Source of the DNA: Bacilli bacterium
GTDB taxonomy: Bacteria; Bacillota_I; Bacilli_A; RF39; UBA660
NCBI GenBank assembly: GCA_050948865.1
Contig: JBMNEQ010000002.1
Location: 200,161-264,160 of the forward strand
Direction of reading: 5' to 3'
DNA length: 64,000 nucleotides
This document shows positions 1 through 8,861 of the stretch, in pieces. Each line of letters begins with the position of its first letter. Within the stretch, counting starts at the first letter, position 1. The notes under the pieces were generated by a model, which saw only the letters and a list, made by a program, of their open reading frames with translations, searched no databases and was not told where the DNA came from. Made by a program: the position numbers and the translations under genes.

Positions 1-1
1 G

Positions 2-262
2 AATGCCTTTGAATCTAATGTCAAAATGTTAATTAGGGGTATTGATTATCAACTATTAACTGATCCTGGTTCAGTTACAGTAGGAGATAATTTAGAAAAT
101 GTTGATCGTTTTGGTGGCGATCCAGCCTTATATGATACATTTGAAATTACAAATCTTCAACCAGTAACAGTAACTGTAGTGGCAGCTAGTGGGGGTAATT
201 TTACCGGATGGCAAGCGACAGGAGCAACTTATACAAGTGTTAATGTTCAAGCCATTCCTTAA
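2..262 (+). CDS. Type IV pilin-like protein, 5'-truncated by the window edge
   Basis: Frame is open from base 2 (NAFESNVKMLIRGIDY), nearly identical to the corresponding segment of the pilin at 400..843. Confidence 0.85.
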   Translation, partial: NAFESNVKMLIRGIDYQLLTDPGSVTVGDNLENVDRFGGDPALYDTFEITNLQPVTVTVVAASGGNFTGWQATGATYTSVNVQAIP

Positions 263-278
263 ATTAAAATAGATAATA

Positions 279-325
279 TGTCAAGAAAGAGCACTTTTTA
301 ATCTTAATAGTGCTTTTTTTTGACA
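279..325 (+). terminator. Intrinsic terminator after pilin 1
   Basis: Inverted repeat TGTCAAGAAAGAGCACT...AGTGCTTTTTTTTGACA with T tract. Confidence 0.6.
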
Positions 326-341
326 AAAAAATCCTTTTTTA

Positions 342-370
342 TTGACACTCTATTAATCATATGTTATGCT
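342..370 (+). promoter_or_regulatory. SigA-type promoter of pilin 2
   Basis: TTGACA-17-TATGCT with extended TG; AAGGAGG RBS downstream. Confidence 0.7.
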
Positions 371-399
371 TAAAATATACAAAATAAGGAGGAAAGAAA

Positions 400-843
400 A
401 TGAATAAAAAAGGATTTACTTTAGTAGAATTACTTGCTGTTATTGTAATTTTAGCTATAATTTTAGCTATAGCAGTTCCTAGTATTACAGGATTATTAGA
501 AAAACAACGAGAAAACTCGTTTGAATCTAATGTTAAAATGTTAATAAGAGGTATTGATTATAAGAAATTAGAATTATCATCAGAGGATAAGGAGTTTACA
601 GATCAAGAAGAAGGTTATCAATTAAATACAAATTTAGCTAATGACATTGCCGATTTTGGAGGAAACCCTGATGATTATCAATGTTTTGTAATTAATAGTG
701 TTGATCCAATTACTGTTACAATTATAACTAAATCTACTAGTAAGTTTGGTCAATTAGGAGTAAAAAATGCTACTTTATCAAGTGTAACAGTTGCTAAAGA
801 TGGTGATGAGGGTTTTCCAGAAGCAAATTGTGGAGTTCAATAA
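400..843 (+). CDS. Type IV pilin (prepilin N-methylation motif)
   Basis: MNKKG|FTLVELLAVIVILAII class III signal peptide; two C-terminal-region Cys. Confidence 0.9.
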   Translation: MNKKGFTLVELLAVIVILAIILAIAVPSITGLLEKQRENSFESNVKMLIRGIDYKKLELSSEDKEFTDQEEGYQLNTNLANDIADFGGNPDDYQCFVINSVDPITVTIITKSTSKFGQLGVKNATLSSVTVAKDGDEGFPEANCGVQ

Positions 844-963
844 TTAATAAAATAATTATAAAGTTTAATTTAAAACTGTTAACAAGTAATATTGATACAG
901 TTTTAATTTTTTTAAAATATTAACTTTTTGTCACAATTTGACAAAGTTAAATTAATAGAAAAT
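612..963 (+). repeat. 352-bp direct repeat, copy 1 (copy 2 at 2665..3016)
   Basis: Sequence reads identical at an offset of 2053; covers the pilin 2 3' half and downstream intergenic DNA. Confidence 0.9.
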
Positions 964-1013
964 GTCAATAACTTTTGAAAATGTCTCACATTAGATAAAA
1001 AAAATAGTTTGGA

Positions 1014-1149
1014 AAATTTATTCCAATTCCTCCATCAATTCAGGAATCTAGATAATATCCTTTAGTTAGATGGCAATCAAATTTTTAATTTGATTGCCTG
1101 AAACATTACGGATATTATCTCCTAAATTGATGGATTATCTCGGCATAAA
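1014..1149 (-). other. Conserved structured element (putative ncRNA) downstream of the IS1202-like transposase
   Basis: TTTATGCCGAGA...GGAATTGGAATAAATTT termini with nested stems; homologous to 50391..50522. Confidence 0.6.
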
Positions 1150-1155
1150 ACTCGT

Positions 1156-2394
1156 TTATGCATAAACCTTTTCTTTATGAGATTTTTTCATTTGTTTCTC
1201 AAAAGAAGCTCTTTTCCAAGGATGACTCATAGGGGGCACATATTTTTCCTTTTTTATTTCTTCCTGAGGTAGATCAAGTTCTTTTGAAAACCTTTTATTT
1301 CTGGACAGTTCTCTTAACTCATAAATTTTTTCGTCTATACTCACCACTAAATCACCATTAAATGCTTCAATAACTAATGCTTTAGTTTTAGGCCTGAAGC
1401 ATTTTAACTCATTATTAAAATAAGGTAAATAATACTTGTTTTTATATTTAATGGAATTACCTCTATCTATTATTCTTGTTGATAAAACTGCTAAAGTATA
1501 ATTTATTTTTTCTTCACTAGGTGATTTTTCAAATGCACTTGGAAACTTCTTATAATCCATAGCAAAGCGTTTATTATATTTAGGAATAAAAACATTTATT
1601 AAATATTCATTAGCTTTTTCAAGTGTGTGTATTCCGTTTAATTTTAACTCATTAATTAGTCTTCCTTGAAATGTACCGTTAGTACGTTCAATAATTGGTT
1701 TTGCTTCAGGAACACTACTTGTTTTTAAATCAATACCTAGTTGTTTACATGAATAACCATACTGGGTAAGGATATCATTTTCAGATGTTTTTTTATCAGG
1801 GTTTAATTTGTTATAATTGAATACAGTTCTATTATCTGTTTTAAAACTATAAGGAATGCCATAACCTTTTAGGATTTGATATTTGGTTTGATAATAACCC
1901 TTTAAAGTTTCCTGATAGTCAAAATAACCGCCGACAACTGTGTTTGTTGCTTTATCTACAGCTAGATGAAGACATGTTTTAAAATCCCCAAACCATTGGT
2001 GTATTGAACCGTCTTGTTCAATAATTTCTCCGAAGTATTTTGGTTTTTCTTGCCTTGGGTGAGAATCCTCAATTGCTATCTCATTATTAACAATAACTTC
2101 TACTTCTTCTTCAGTTTTACCAGTCAGTAATTTTTCTTTTAACAATTGTTGTTTTCTATATTCCTTTCTAGTTCTTTTACGAGCCCTAGGCGATAAAATA
2201 CCTGCCTTATTTAAAGTATTATAAATAAAATTATAAGAGACCTTTATGTTTTCAACTTCTTCAAGATATTCTTTAAAATGATTAAAATTAAAACCTTGAT
2301 ATTTAATAGTATAAAGTAGTACAATATCATCAGAAAGAGATTTATCGTGTGCTATACTGGGTTTCTTATTTCGCTTGCCATGTACAAAACCAGG
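1156..2394 (-). CDS. IS1202/ISNCY-family transposase; N-terminus disrupted in this sequence
   Basis: FGEIIEQDGS.H.W, LHLAVDKAT, KTDNRTVF, IERTNGTFQGRL, PPMSHPWK. Frame stays open upstream of the ORF-track start to about 2394 (GFVHGKRNKKP). Confidence 0.85.
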   Translation of the reverse strand, partial: PGFVHGKRNKKPSIAHDKSLSDDIVLLYTIKYQGFNFNHFKEYLEEVENIKVSYNFIYNTLNKAGILSPRARKRTRKEYRKQQLLKEKLLTGKTEEEVEVIVNNEIAIEDSHPRQEKPKYFGEIIEQDGSIHQWFGDFKTCLHLAVDKATNTVVGGYFDYQETLKGYYQTKYQILKGYGIPYSFKTDNRTVFNYNKLNPDKKTSENDILTQYGYSCKQLGIDLKTSSVPEAKPIIERTNGTFQGRLINELKLNGIHTLEKANEYLINVFIPKYNKRFAMDYKKFPSAFEKSPSEEKINYTLAVLSTRIIDRGNSIKYKNKYYLPYFNNELKCFRPKTKALVIEAFNGDLVVSIDEKIYELRELSRNKRFSKELDLPQEEIKKEKYVPPMSHPWKRASFEKQMKKSHKEKVYA

Positions 2395-2664
2395 AGGTAC
2401 CGCTTTTTTTATAAATGAATAAAAAGACGATCACTTTAGTAGACTTACTAGCTAAAGATAGTTGTAATGCAACCCGATAATTTTAGCTATAGCCGTTCCT
2501 AGTATCTACTAGGACTTATTAGAAAAACAACGAGAAAACTCGTGTTCATTCATTCTTAATTGTTAACCTGTCTCATTCATAGCACCTCAGTGATATATAA
2601 GAAATTACTTTTGAGATCATCATCAGAGGATAAGCACTTAAGACAGTATCATAAGTTAAGCACT
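2395..2664. other. Chimeric, garbled segment: pilin-2 5' half interleaved with the transposase 5' end (probable consensus artefact)
   Basis: + strand pieces match 400-611 (ATGAATAAAAA, TTTTAGCTATAGC, AGAAAAACAACGAGAAAACTCG); - strand at 2544-2588 reads GAGGTG...ATG AGA CAG GTT..TTA AGA ATG AAT GAA (MRQV.LRMNE). Confidence 0.7.
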
Positions 2665-3016
2665 AGGTTATCAATTAAATACAAATTTAGCTAATGACAT
2701 TGCCGATTTTGGAGGAAACCCTGATGATTATCAATGTTTTGTAATTAATAGTGTTGATCCAATTACTGTTACAATTATAACTAAATCTACTAGTAAGTTT
2801 GGTCAATTAGGAGTAAAAAATGCTACTTTATCAAGTGTAACAGTTGCTAAAGATGGTGATGAGGGTTTTCCAGAAGCAAATTGTGGAGTTCAATAATTAA
2901 TAAAATAATTATAAAGTTTAATTTAAAACTGTTAACAAGTAATATTGATACAGTTTTAATTTTTTTAAAATATTAACTTTTTGTCACAATTTGACAAAGT
3001 TAAATTAATAGAAAAT
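2665..3016 (+). repeat. 352-bp direct repeat, copy 2 (3' half of pilin 2)
   Basis: Identical to 612..963. Confidence 0.9.
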
Positions 3017-3044
3017 TGACTATCTAAGATCCTTATGTTATATT
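3016..3044 (+). promoter_or_regulatory. SigA-type promoter of pilin 3
   Basis: TTGACT-17-TATATT with extended TG. Confidence 0.65.
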
Positions 3045-3074
3045 GAAATTAGATATAGTTAAGGAGGAAGAGAA

Positions 3075-3452
3075 GTGAAGAAAAAGGGATTTACTTTAGT
3101 GGAATTACTCGCGGTCATAGTTATTTTAGCTATAATTTTAGCTATAGCGGTTCCAAGTATTACAAAGTTAATTGAGAATCAAAGAAAAAGTGCTTTTGAA
3201 TCTAGTATTAAATTAATTATTAAAAATTTAGAAGTGAAAATTTTAGGGGATGAAGAATTTGATGTGACAGAAATAGATGAAGACAAATTAGGGGGTTTAG
3301 ATGTTAATCCAGATGATTATAATGAGTTTTCTGCTCAATTAAATGAAGATAACGTTCTAACAGTAACTGCTACTGGAGCGGGTAAATTTGATGGTTGGAA
3401 GGTAGAAAATGCTACTTCTTCTGAAGTTAATGCAACAAAAGTTGAAGGATAA
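3075..3452 (+). CDS. Type IV pilin
   Basis: MKKKG|FTLVELLAVIVILAIILAIAVPSI; AAGGAGG RBS. Confidence 0.9.
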   Translation: MKKKGFTLVELLAVIVILAIILAIAVPSITKLIENQRKSAFESSIKLIIKNLEVKILGDEEFDVTEIDEDKLGGLDVNPDDYNEFSAQLNEDNVLTVTATGAGKFDGWKVENATSSEVNATKVEG

Positions 3453-3481
3453 AAGATATCAATTTAGATATCTTTTTTTTT
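3453..3481 (+). terminator. Intrinsic terminator
   Basis: AAAGATATC-AATTTA-GATATCTTTTTTT. Confidence 0.7.
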
Positions 3482-3512
3482 ATATTTTTTGTATAATAAA
3501 GATGGTGATAAG

Positions 3513-4430
3513 ATGAAGTTATTAATAGGATCTCATGTTTCTTTTAAGAAAGAAGAGCAATTACTAGGTTCAGTTCAGGAAACTCTTTTCTATGGGGCTA
3601 ATACTTTTATGATTTATACAGGAGCTCCCCAAAATACAAAAAGAGTTAAAATAGATTCTTTAAAAACAAAAGAGGCTTTAAATTTAATGAAAGAAAAAGG
3701 GATTAATTTAAATGATGTTATTGTTCATGCTCCTTATTTAATTAATTTAGCTAATCATCAAAAAAACTATGATTTTACTATTTCTTTTTTAAAACAAGAA
3801 ATAAAAAGATGTTCTGCTTTAGGTCTTTCTAAATTAGTAGTTCATCCTGGAAGCCATCTTGGTTTAGGTGTAGAAGAGGGTCTTAAGAATATTATAAAAT
3901 CTTTAAATGAGGTTTTAGAACCTGATAATAAAGTTTTAATTTTATTAGAAACAATGTCTGGAAAAGGAACAGAATGTGGATTTACATTAGAACAATTAAA
4001 AAAAATAATTAGGGGAGTTAATTATCAAAACCAAGTAGGTGTTTGTCTTGATACTTGTCATATGCATGATGCGGGATATGATTTAAGTAATTTTGATCAT
4101 ATCCTTGATGAATTTGATCAGATTCTTGGTTTATCAAAGTTAGGTTGTATTCATGTGAATGATAGTAAAAATAAAAGAGGAACAAATAAAGATCGGCACG
4201 CTAACATTGGTTTTGGTTTAATTGGTTTTGATAATTTACTTCAAGTTATTTATAATAAACGAGTAAGTCATCTTCCAAAGATTTTAGAAACTCCTTATAT
4301 TTCTAAAACAGAGAGGGAAAAGGCAAAAATTTATCCTCCTTATAAGATGGAAATAAAAATGATTAAAGAAAAGGTTTTTAATCAAAATTTAATCGATGAT
4401 GTTAGAAGTTATTATAAAAAAACAAAGTAA
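3513..4430 (+). CDS. nfo: Endonuclease IV
   Basis: IGSHVS, HAPYLINLA, HPGS, LETMSGKG, CLDTCH, HVNDSK, DRHANIG, LETP motifs. Confidence 0.95.
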   Translation: MKLLIGSHVSFKKEEQLLGSVQETLFYGANTFMIYTGAPQNTKRVKIDSLKTKEALNLMKEKGINLNDVIVHAPYLINLANHQKNYDFTISFLKQEIKRCSALGLSKLVVHPGSHLGLGVEEGLKNIIKSLNEVLEPDNKVLILLETMSGKGTECGFTLEQLKKIIRGVNYQNQVGVCLDTCHMHDAGYDLSNFDHILDEFDQILGLSKLGCIHVNDSKNKRGTNKDRHANIGFGLIGFDNLLQVIYNKRVSHLPKILETPYISKTEREKAKIYPPYKMEIKMIKEKVFNQNLIDDVRSYYKKTK

Positions 4431-4432
4431 GT

Positions 4433-4687
4433 TTAACTTATTTTGTTTTTAAAATAAATATATAAGTTTTCTAATTTTGTATAAGTTTGAGAATTTAATC
4501 TTTCTTTTAATTCTTCTAAGATTGGTTTCGGGTTACCATAATAAATAGTCCGCCAATGATTTTTAAGATAATCATAAATAATAGTTGTTTCTTCATTGGT
4601 TAAATTTATGCCATTATTTTTAGCGAATTCTTTAATATCTTTTAATTTTAGTTGTTCTATATATTCTTTTATTAAATATTCATACAT
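4433..4687 (-). CDS. YqfT/DUF2624-like small protein
   Basis: 84 aa, adjacent to nfo as in Bacillus; resemblance judged from memory. Confidence 0.55.
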   Translation of the reverse strand: MYEYLIKEYIEQLKLKDIKEFAKNNGINLTNEETTIIYDYLKNHWRTIYYGNPKPILEELKERLNSQTYTKLENLYIYFKNKIS

Positions 4688-4774
4688 ATAGACACCTCTA
4701 ACTATATATATGAGAAAAATAAATTCCTATGTAAGAAAAACATAATATATAACATAATAAAAGAGGAGGGTTCA

Positions 4775-6853
4775 ATGAAAAGAAAACTTTATTATCAAAA
4801 ACGGGATCTAAATTTAATTACTTATTATCGTTATAATATTATAACTGGTGTAGTGGTTTTTGTTTTTTTAATTTTACTTATTAAATTAGTTATCTTACAA
4901 ATAGGTAATATAGAAGCTTATCAAGAACAATTATTAAATTTAACTGTTAAAGAAGTAACTGGTTCTTCTGTACCAAGAGGAAGAATATATGATCGTAATT
5001 ATAATCTTTTAGTTGATAATATTGGTTATAAGGTTATTTATTATCAAAAACCAAGGGGAATTACATTAAAAGAAGAAATTGAACTTGCTTATAAGGTTGG
5101 TAAAATTATTGAACTTGATTATGAAAAGATTTTGCCTGATGATTTAAAAAGATTTTGGTTAATTTTAAATCCTCTTTTAGGAGAAAAAAAGATTACGGAA
5201 AATGAGAATAGATTATTAGAAAGAAGAGAGTTAAAAAAGTCTGATCTTGAACAATTAAAAATAAAAAGAGTTACAGATGATGATTTAAAGGGTTTTAAAG
5301 AAATAGATAAGATTGCTGCTTATCTTTATACTTTAATGAATAAAGGGTATTATTTTGATGAAAAAGTTATTAAAAATAAAGATGTTTCTGATCAAGAATG
5401 GGCTTTAATTGCTGAAAATACGCATATTTATCCTGGTTTTTCTTCTAAATTAGAATGGAAAAGAAATTACTTATATGGAGATTTATTAAGGGAAGTTTTA
5501 GGTAATGTTTCTACTAAAGAACAAGGAATACCTCTTGAATATAAAAATGATTATTTAACTAAAGGATATGCTTTAAATGATCGAGTGGGTCTTAGTTTTT
5601 TAGAATTTCAATATGAGGATTTATTAAAAGGGGAAAAAACACTATATAAAGTTAATCGTTTGAATCAATTAGAAATAATTGAAAAGGGAAAAAGGGGTCA
5701 TGATTTAGTTTTAACAATTGATATTAAATTGCAACAAGCAGTTGAGGAAATTATAGCAGAAGAATTAAGAAAAGCGAAGGATGAATATAATACTGATTAT
5801 TATAATAAAGCAATTGTTTTAATTAGTGATCCTTTAACAGGGGAAATTTTAACTTATGCTTCTAAACAAATAGTTCCTAGTGGTGATGATTATAAAATTT
5901 ATGATTATACTCCTTTTATATCTTTAACTCCGATTGTGGCGGGTTCTGCAATTAAGGGGGCTTCAATGGCTGTCGCTTATAAAACAGGGGTTATAGATAT
6001 TGGAACAAAGATGCTTGATGAATGTATTAAACTTAAACATACTCCTAAAAAATGTTCTTGGCGGGATGGTTTAGGTGTTTTAGATGATATTCTTGCTTTA
6101 CAATTATCTTCTAATTCTTATCAATTTAAAATAGCGATGAAAGTAGGAGGAGCTAAATATGTTTATAATGGTTCTTTAAATATTGATCTAAAAGCTTTTG
6201 ATACTTACAGGGAAATGTTTGGTCAATTTGGTTTGGGAGTAGAAACAGGGATTGATTTACCTAGTGAGAGTTTAGGTTACAAAGGAAAAAGCACAGTTCC
6301 TGGTCATCTTTTAGATTTTGCTATTGGTCAATATGATACTTATACTCCTTTACAATTACTTCAATATATTAATACGATCGCTAATGGGGGGGAACGTTAT
6401 AAATTAAATTTATTAAAAGAAGTTTATGAACCAACTACTAATTTAGAAAGAGGAAATCTTTTATATAAAGTTAGTCCAACATTATTAAATAAAGTAGATT
6501 TAGAAGAAAAGTATATAAAGCGTATTCAAGAAGGTTTTCGGGCAGTAATGAGTAAAGGATTAGGAGTTAATCAGATGGGTAATGTTTTAAATCCGGCTGG
6601 TAAAACAGGGACTTCTGAAAGTTTTCTTGATACTACAGGAGATGGAGTAATTGATACTGATACTATTACAAAAACTTTTGTTGGTTATTTTCCTTATGAG
6701 AATCCGAAAATGAGTTTGGTAGTTATATCTCCTGATGTTAGTCATTATGGGTCTTCATCGTCTTATATTTCAGCTGTAAACACTAGAATTACAAGAAGAG
6801 TTTCGGAAATGTTTTCAAAATTATATGAAGAAGCTCTAAAAAATGATTTTTGA
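4775..6853 (+). CDS. pbpA: Class B penicillin-binding protein (PbpA/PBP2-like)
   Basis: N-terminal TM, PRGRIYDRN, GSAIK (SxxK), SSN (SxN), KTGT. Confidence 0.85.
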   Translation: MKRKLYYQKRDLNLITYYRYNIITGVVVFVFLILLIKLVILQIGNIEAYQEQLLNLTVKEVTGSSVPRGRIYDRNYNLLVDNIGYKVIYYQKPRGITLKEEIELAYKVGKIIELDYEKILPDDLKRFWLILNPLLGEKKITENENRLLERRELKKSDLEQLKIKRVTDDDLKGFKEIDKIAAYLYTLMNKGYYFDEKVIKNKDVSDQEWALIAENTHIYPGFSSKLEWKRNYLYGDLLREVLGNVSTKEQGIPLEYKNDYLTKGYALNDRVGLSFLEFQYEDLLKGEKTLYKVNRLNQLEIIEKGKRGHDLVLTIDIKLQQAVEEIIAEELRKAKDEYNTDYYNKAIVLISDPLTGEILTYASKQIVPSGDDYKIYDYTPFISLTPIVAGSAIKGASMAVAYKTGVIDIGTKMLDECIKLKHTPKKCSWRDGLGVLDDILALQLSSNSYQFKIAMKVGGAKYVYNGSLNIDLKAFDTYREMFGQFGLGVETGIDLPSESLGYKGKSTVPGHLLDFAIGQYDTYTPLQLLQYINTIANGGERYKLNLLKEVYEPTTNLERGNLLYKVSPTLLNKVDLEEKYIKRIQEGFRAVMSKGLGVNQMGNVLNPAGKTGTSESFLDTTGDGVIDTDTITKTFVGYFPYENPKMSLVVISPDVSHYGSSSSYISAVNTRITRRVSEMFSKLYEEALKNDF

Positions 6854-6945
6854 AGTTGCTAATTTCTTTTAAATTTGCTATAATGCTTGTGTTATTGATT
6901 GTTTTAAAGAAATAATTAATACTAAATTAGAAGGGGGGAAGTATC

Positions 6946-7152
6946 ATGGAAAAAGAAAATAAATTGGTAGTTGTTTTTGTAATTATCTGTGCATTTTTTA
7001 TGTTAACAACTTTTATTCCTGTTCCTAATACTTCAATAATGGTTAGTGCTGGTAAAAGGGGAATAGATAAAATAAGTAAATCAAAGCCTGTTAAGTATTA
7101 TCACCGTAGTAAAGAAAGTTTTTATAATGATATTCGCCAAATAGCATATTAA
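6946..7152 (+). CDS. Small hypothetical membrane protein
   Basis: 68 aa, purine-rich RBS, one hydrophobic segment. Confidence 0.6.
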   Translation: MEKENKLVVVFVIICAFFMLTTFIPVPNTSIMVSAGKRGIDKISKSKPVKYYHRSKESFYNDIRQIAY

Positions 7153-7165
7153 AAAGGAGGATCTT

Positions 7166-7330
7166 ATGGCAAAATCACAAAATAGAGAATTAGTAACTTT
7201 AATATGTTCTGATTGTAAGGAAGAAAATTATCGAACTAGTAAAAATAAAAAAAATACTACTGATCGTTTGGAATTAAAAAAGTATTGTTCAAGATGTCAA
7301 AAAACAACTCTACATAAGGAAAAGAAATAA
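7166..7330 (+). CDS. rpmG: 50S ribosomal protein L33 (Zn-binding type); not in the ORF track
   Basis: [54 protein letters not shown]; AGGAGG RBS. Confidence 0.95.
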   Translation: MAKSQNRELVTLICSDCKEENYRTSKNKKNTTDRLELKKYCSRCQKTTLHKEKK

Positions 7331-7338
7331 GGTAAAAG

Positions 7339-7896
7339 ATGATAAATGTTAATGATTTAAAGACAGGTCTTACTATTATTGTTGATAATCATTTATATCA
7401 AGTTTTAGAATTCTTACATGTAAAACCTGGTAAAGGCAGTGCTTTTGTTCGAACAAAATTAAAAGATTTAAGAACTAAGGCTATTATTGAACATACTTTT
7501 AATTCTTCAATTAAAGTAGAAAAAGCGATTGTTAATAAACAAAAAGTTGAATATATTTATAATACTGGTCATGATTATGTTTTTATGAAATTAGATACTT
7601 ATGAACAATTAAATATAAGTAAGGATCTGATTAAAGAAGAAATAAAGTATTTAAAAGAAAATTTAAAAGTAGAATTATTATTTTTTAATCAGGAGTTATT
7701 AGGAATTAATTTACCTGATAATGTTGAATATCAAGTTATAGAAACTGAACCTGCTGTTCGGGGTAATACGGCGACTACTGCTCTTAAAGAGGCTAAAATT
7801 GAAACTGGTTTAATAGTTAAAGTTCCTTTATTTATCGAAGAAGGAGAAACAATTATTGTTTCCACTAAAGATTCTAAATATGTTTCAAGGAAATAA
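7339..7896 (+). CDS. efp: Elongation factor P
   Basis: HVKPGKGSAFVRTK, ETGLIVKVPLFI, YVSR. Confidence 0.97.
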   Translation: MINVNDLKTGLTIIVDNHLYQVLEFLHVKPGKGSAFVRTKLKDLRTKAIIEHTFNSSIKVEKAIVNKQKVEYIYNTGHDYVFMKLDTYEQLNISKDLIKEEIKYLKENLKVELLFFNQELLGINLPDNVEYQVIETEPAVRGNTATTALKEAKIETGLIVKVPLFIEEGETIIVSTKDSKYVSRK

Positions 7897-7974
7897 GCTT
7901 TTAGGCTTGTTTTTTTTTGCATATTTTTTTCATGGTTTAATATAATATATTAGAATACTTGGGGAGGAGATAAA

Positions 7975-8469
7975 ATGATTAATAAACAAAGTTTATGGTT
8001 TTTAACTTTATTTAGTTTAATCTTAGTTTTAAGTGTTTATTATATAACAATGCCATCAGAGTTATTATTAACAGATAAAGATCAGTTTAAAAATTTTAAT
8101 GAAGGGCAAGTAAATATTGAAGAAAGTGAAATTCTAGCCGCTTTAAGATTAGAAAATGATAAGCAGCGTTTTGATACTCAAAAAGAATTAAAGATGGTTT
8201 TAACTAATCTTGAAGCTAGTGTTAATGAAAAAAATGCGGCTTATGAAGAATTAAAGGTTATTAGTGTTTTAAAAGGTAAGGAAGAAAAATTAGAGGCTAA
8301 GATTAAAGAAAAATTTTCTTTAAATGCTTTTATTAAGATTGATAATAATCAGGTTCGAGTAGTTGTTGATAGTGCTGATCATGATACTAAATTAGCGAAT
8401 GATATTATGAGAAGTATTCAAGAAGAGTTTCCAGAAAAGGTTTATATTTCGGTTAAATTTCAATCTTAA
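7975..8469 (+). CDS. spoIIIAH: SpoIIIAH-like protein
   Basis: KQSLWFLTLFSLILVLSVYY N-terminus typical of SpoIIIAH. Confidence 0.85.
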   Translation: MINKQSLWFLTLFSLILVLSVYYITMPSELLLTDKDQFKNFNEGQVNIEESEILAALRLENDKQRFDTQKELKMVLTNLEASVNEKNAAYEELKVISVLKGKEEKLEAKIKEKFSLNAFIKIDNNQVRVVVDSADHDTKLANDIMRSIQEEFPEKVYISVKFQS

Positions 8470-8585
8470 ATATTTTTAAATTCTCTTTTTTTTTATTCAA
8501 ATGTAATTCACTAAAGTAATGTTTTTACATACAATATTATGAGTAAAAATATAAACCACCTCTACTAAAGAAAGTGAGGATCAAG

Positions 8586-8792
8586 ATGAATAAAGGAATA
8601 CTAACGAAAAGAGAAAAAGAGATATTTGAATTGTTAGTTTTAAATAAATCAACTAAGGAAATAGCTGGGCAGTTAGGAATTAGTGAAAAAACTATTAGGA
8701 ACCATATTTCTAATGCTATGCAAAAGCTAGATGTTAAAGGACGAGCACAAGCAGTTGTGGAATTAATAAAACTTGGAGAAATTGTTATTTAA
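8586..8792 (+). CDS. gerE: Spore coat/germination transcription factor GerE (LuxR HTH)
   Basis: LTKREKEIFELLV...ISEKTIRNHISNAMQKLDVKGRAQAVVEL. Confidence 0.9.
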   Translation: MNKGILTKREKEIFELLVLNKSTKEIAGQLGISEKTIRNHISNAMQKLDVKGRAQAVVELIKLGEIVI

Positions 8793-8817
8793 AAGGTCGT
8801 ATTAACGACTTTTTTTC
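8792..8817 (+). terminator. Intrinsic terminator
   Basis: AAAGGTCGT-ATTA-ACGACTTTTTT. Confidence 0.7.
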
Positions 8818-8861
8818 ATTATTTTTATTATTTAAACATATTGTTTTGTAGGAGGGACTTT

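Larger units (their letters stand above)
963..2664 (-). mobile_element. IS1202-like (ISNCY) insertion sequence; one end garbled
   Basis: End begins TGTCAATAACTTTTGAAAATGTCTCAC at 963; a degenerate inverted copy lies at about 2638-2665; contains a DDE transposase. Confidence 0.75.

Noticed and set aside
2414-2895. A fourth, frameshifted pilin pseudogene or programmed pilin recombination product
   Set aside because: The 5' part is interleaved base-by-base with transposase sequence, which fits a consensus artefact better than biology; only the 3' duplicate is clean.
3016-3044. Xer-like site (TTATGTTATAT) beside the IS1202-like insertion point
   Set aside because: No proper XerC arm or 6-bp spacer; the motif is explained by the extended -10 promoter element.
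7731-7922. Antisense ORF-track entries (also 23209, 29036, 31541, 35671, 36494, 42853, 45556, 49848, 50843, 51416)
   Set aside because: Shadow ORFs opposite well-supported genes, with no RBS or recognisable motif.
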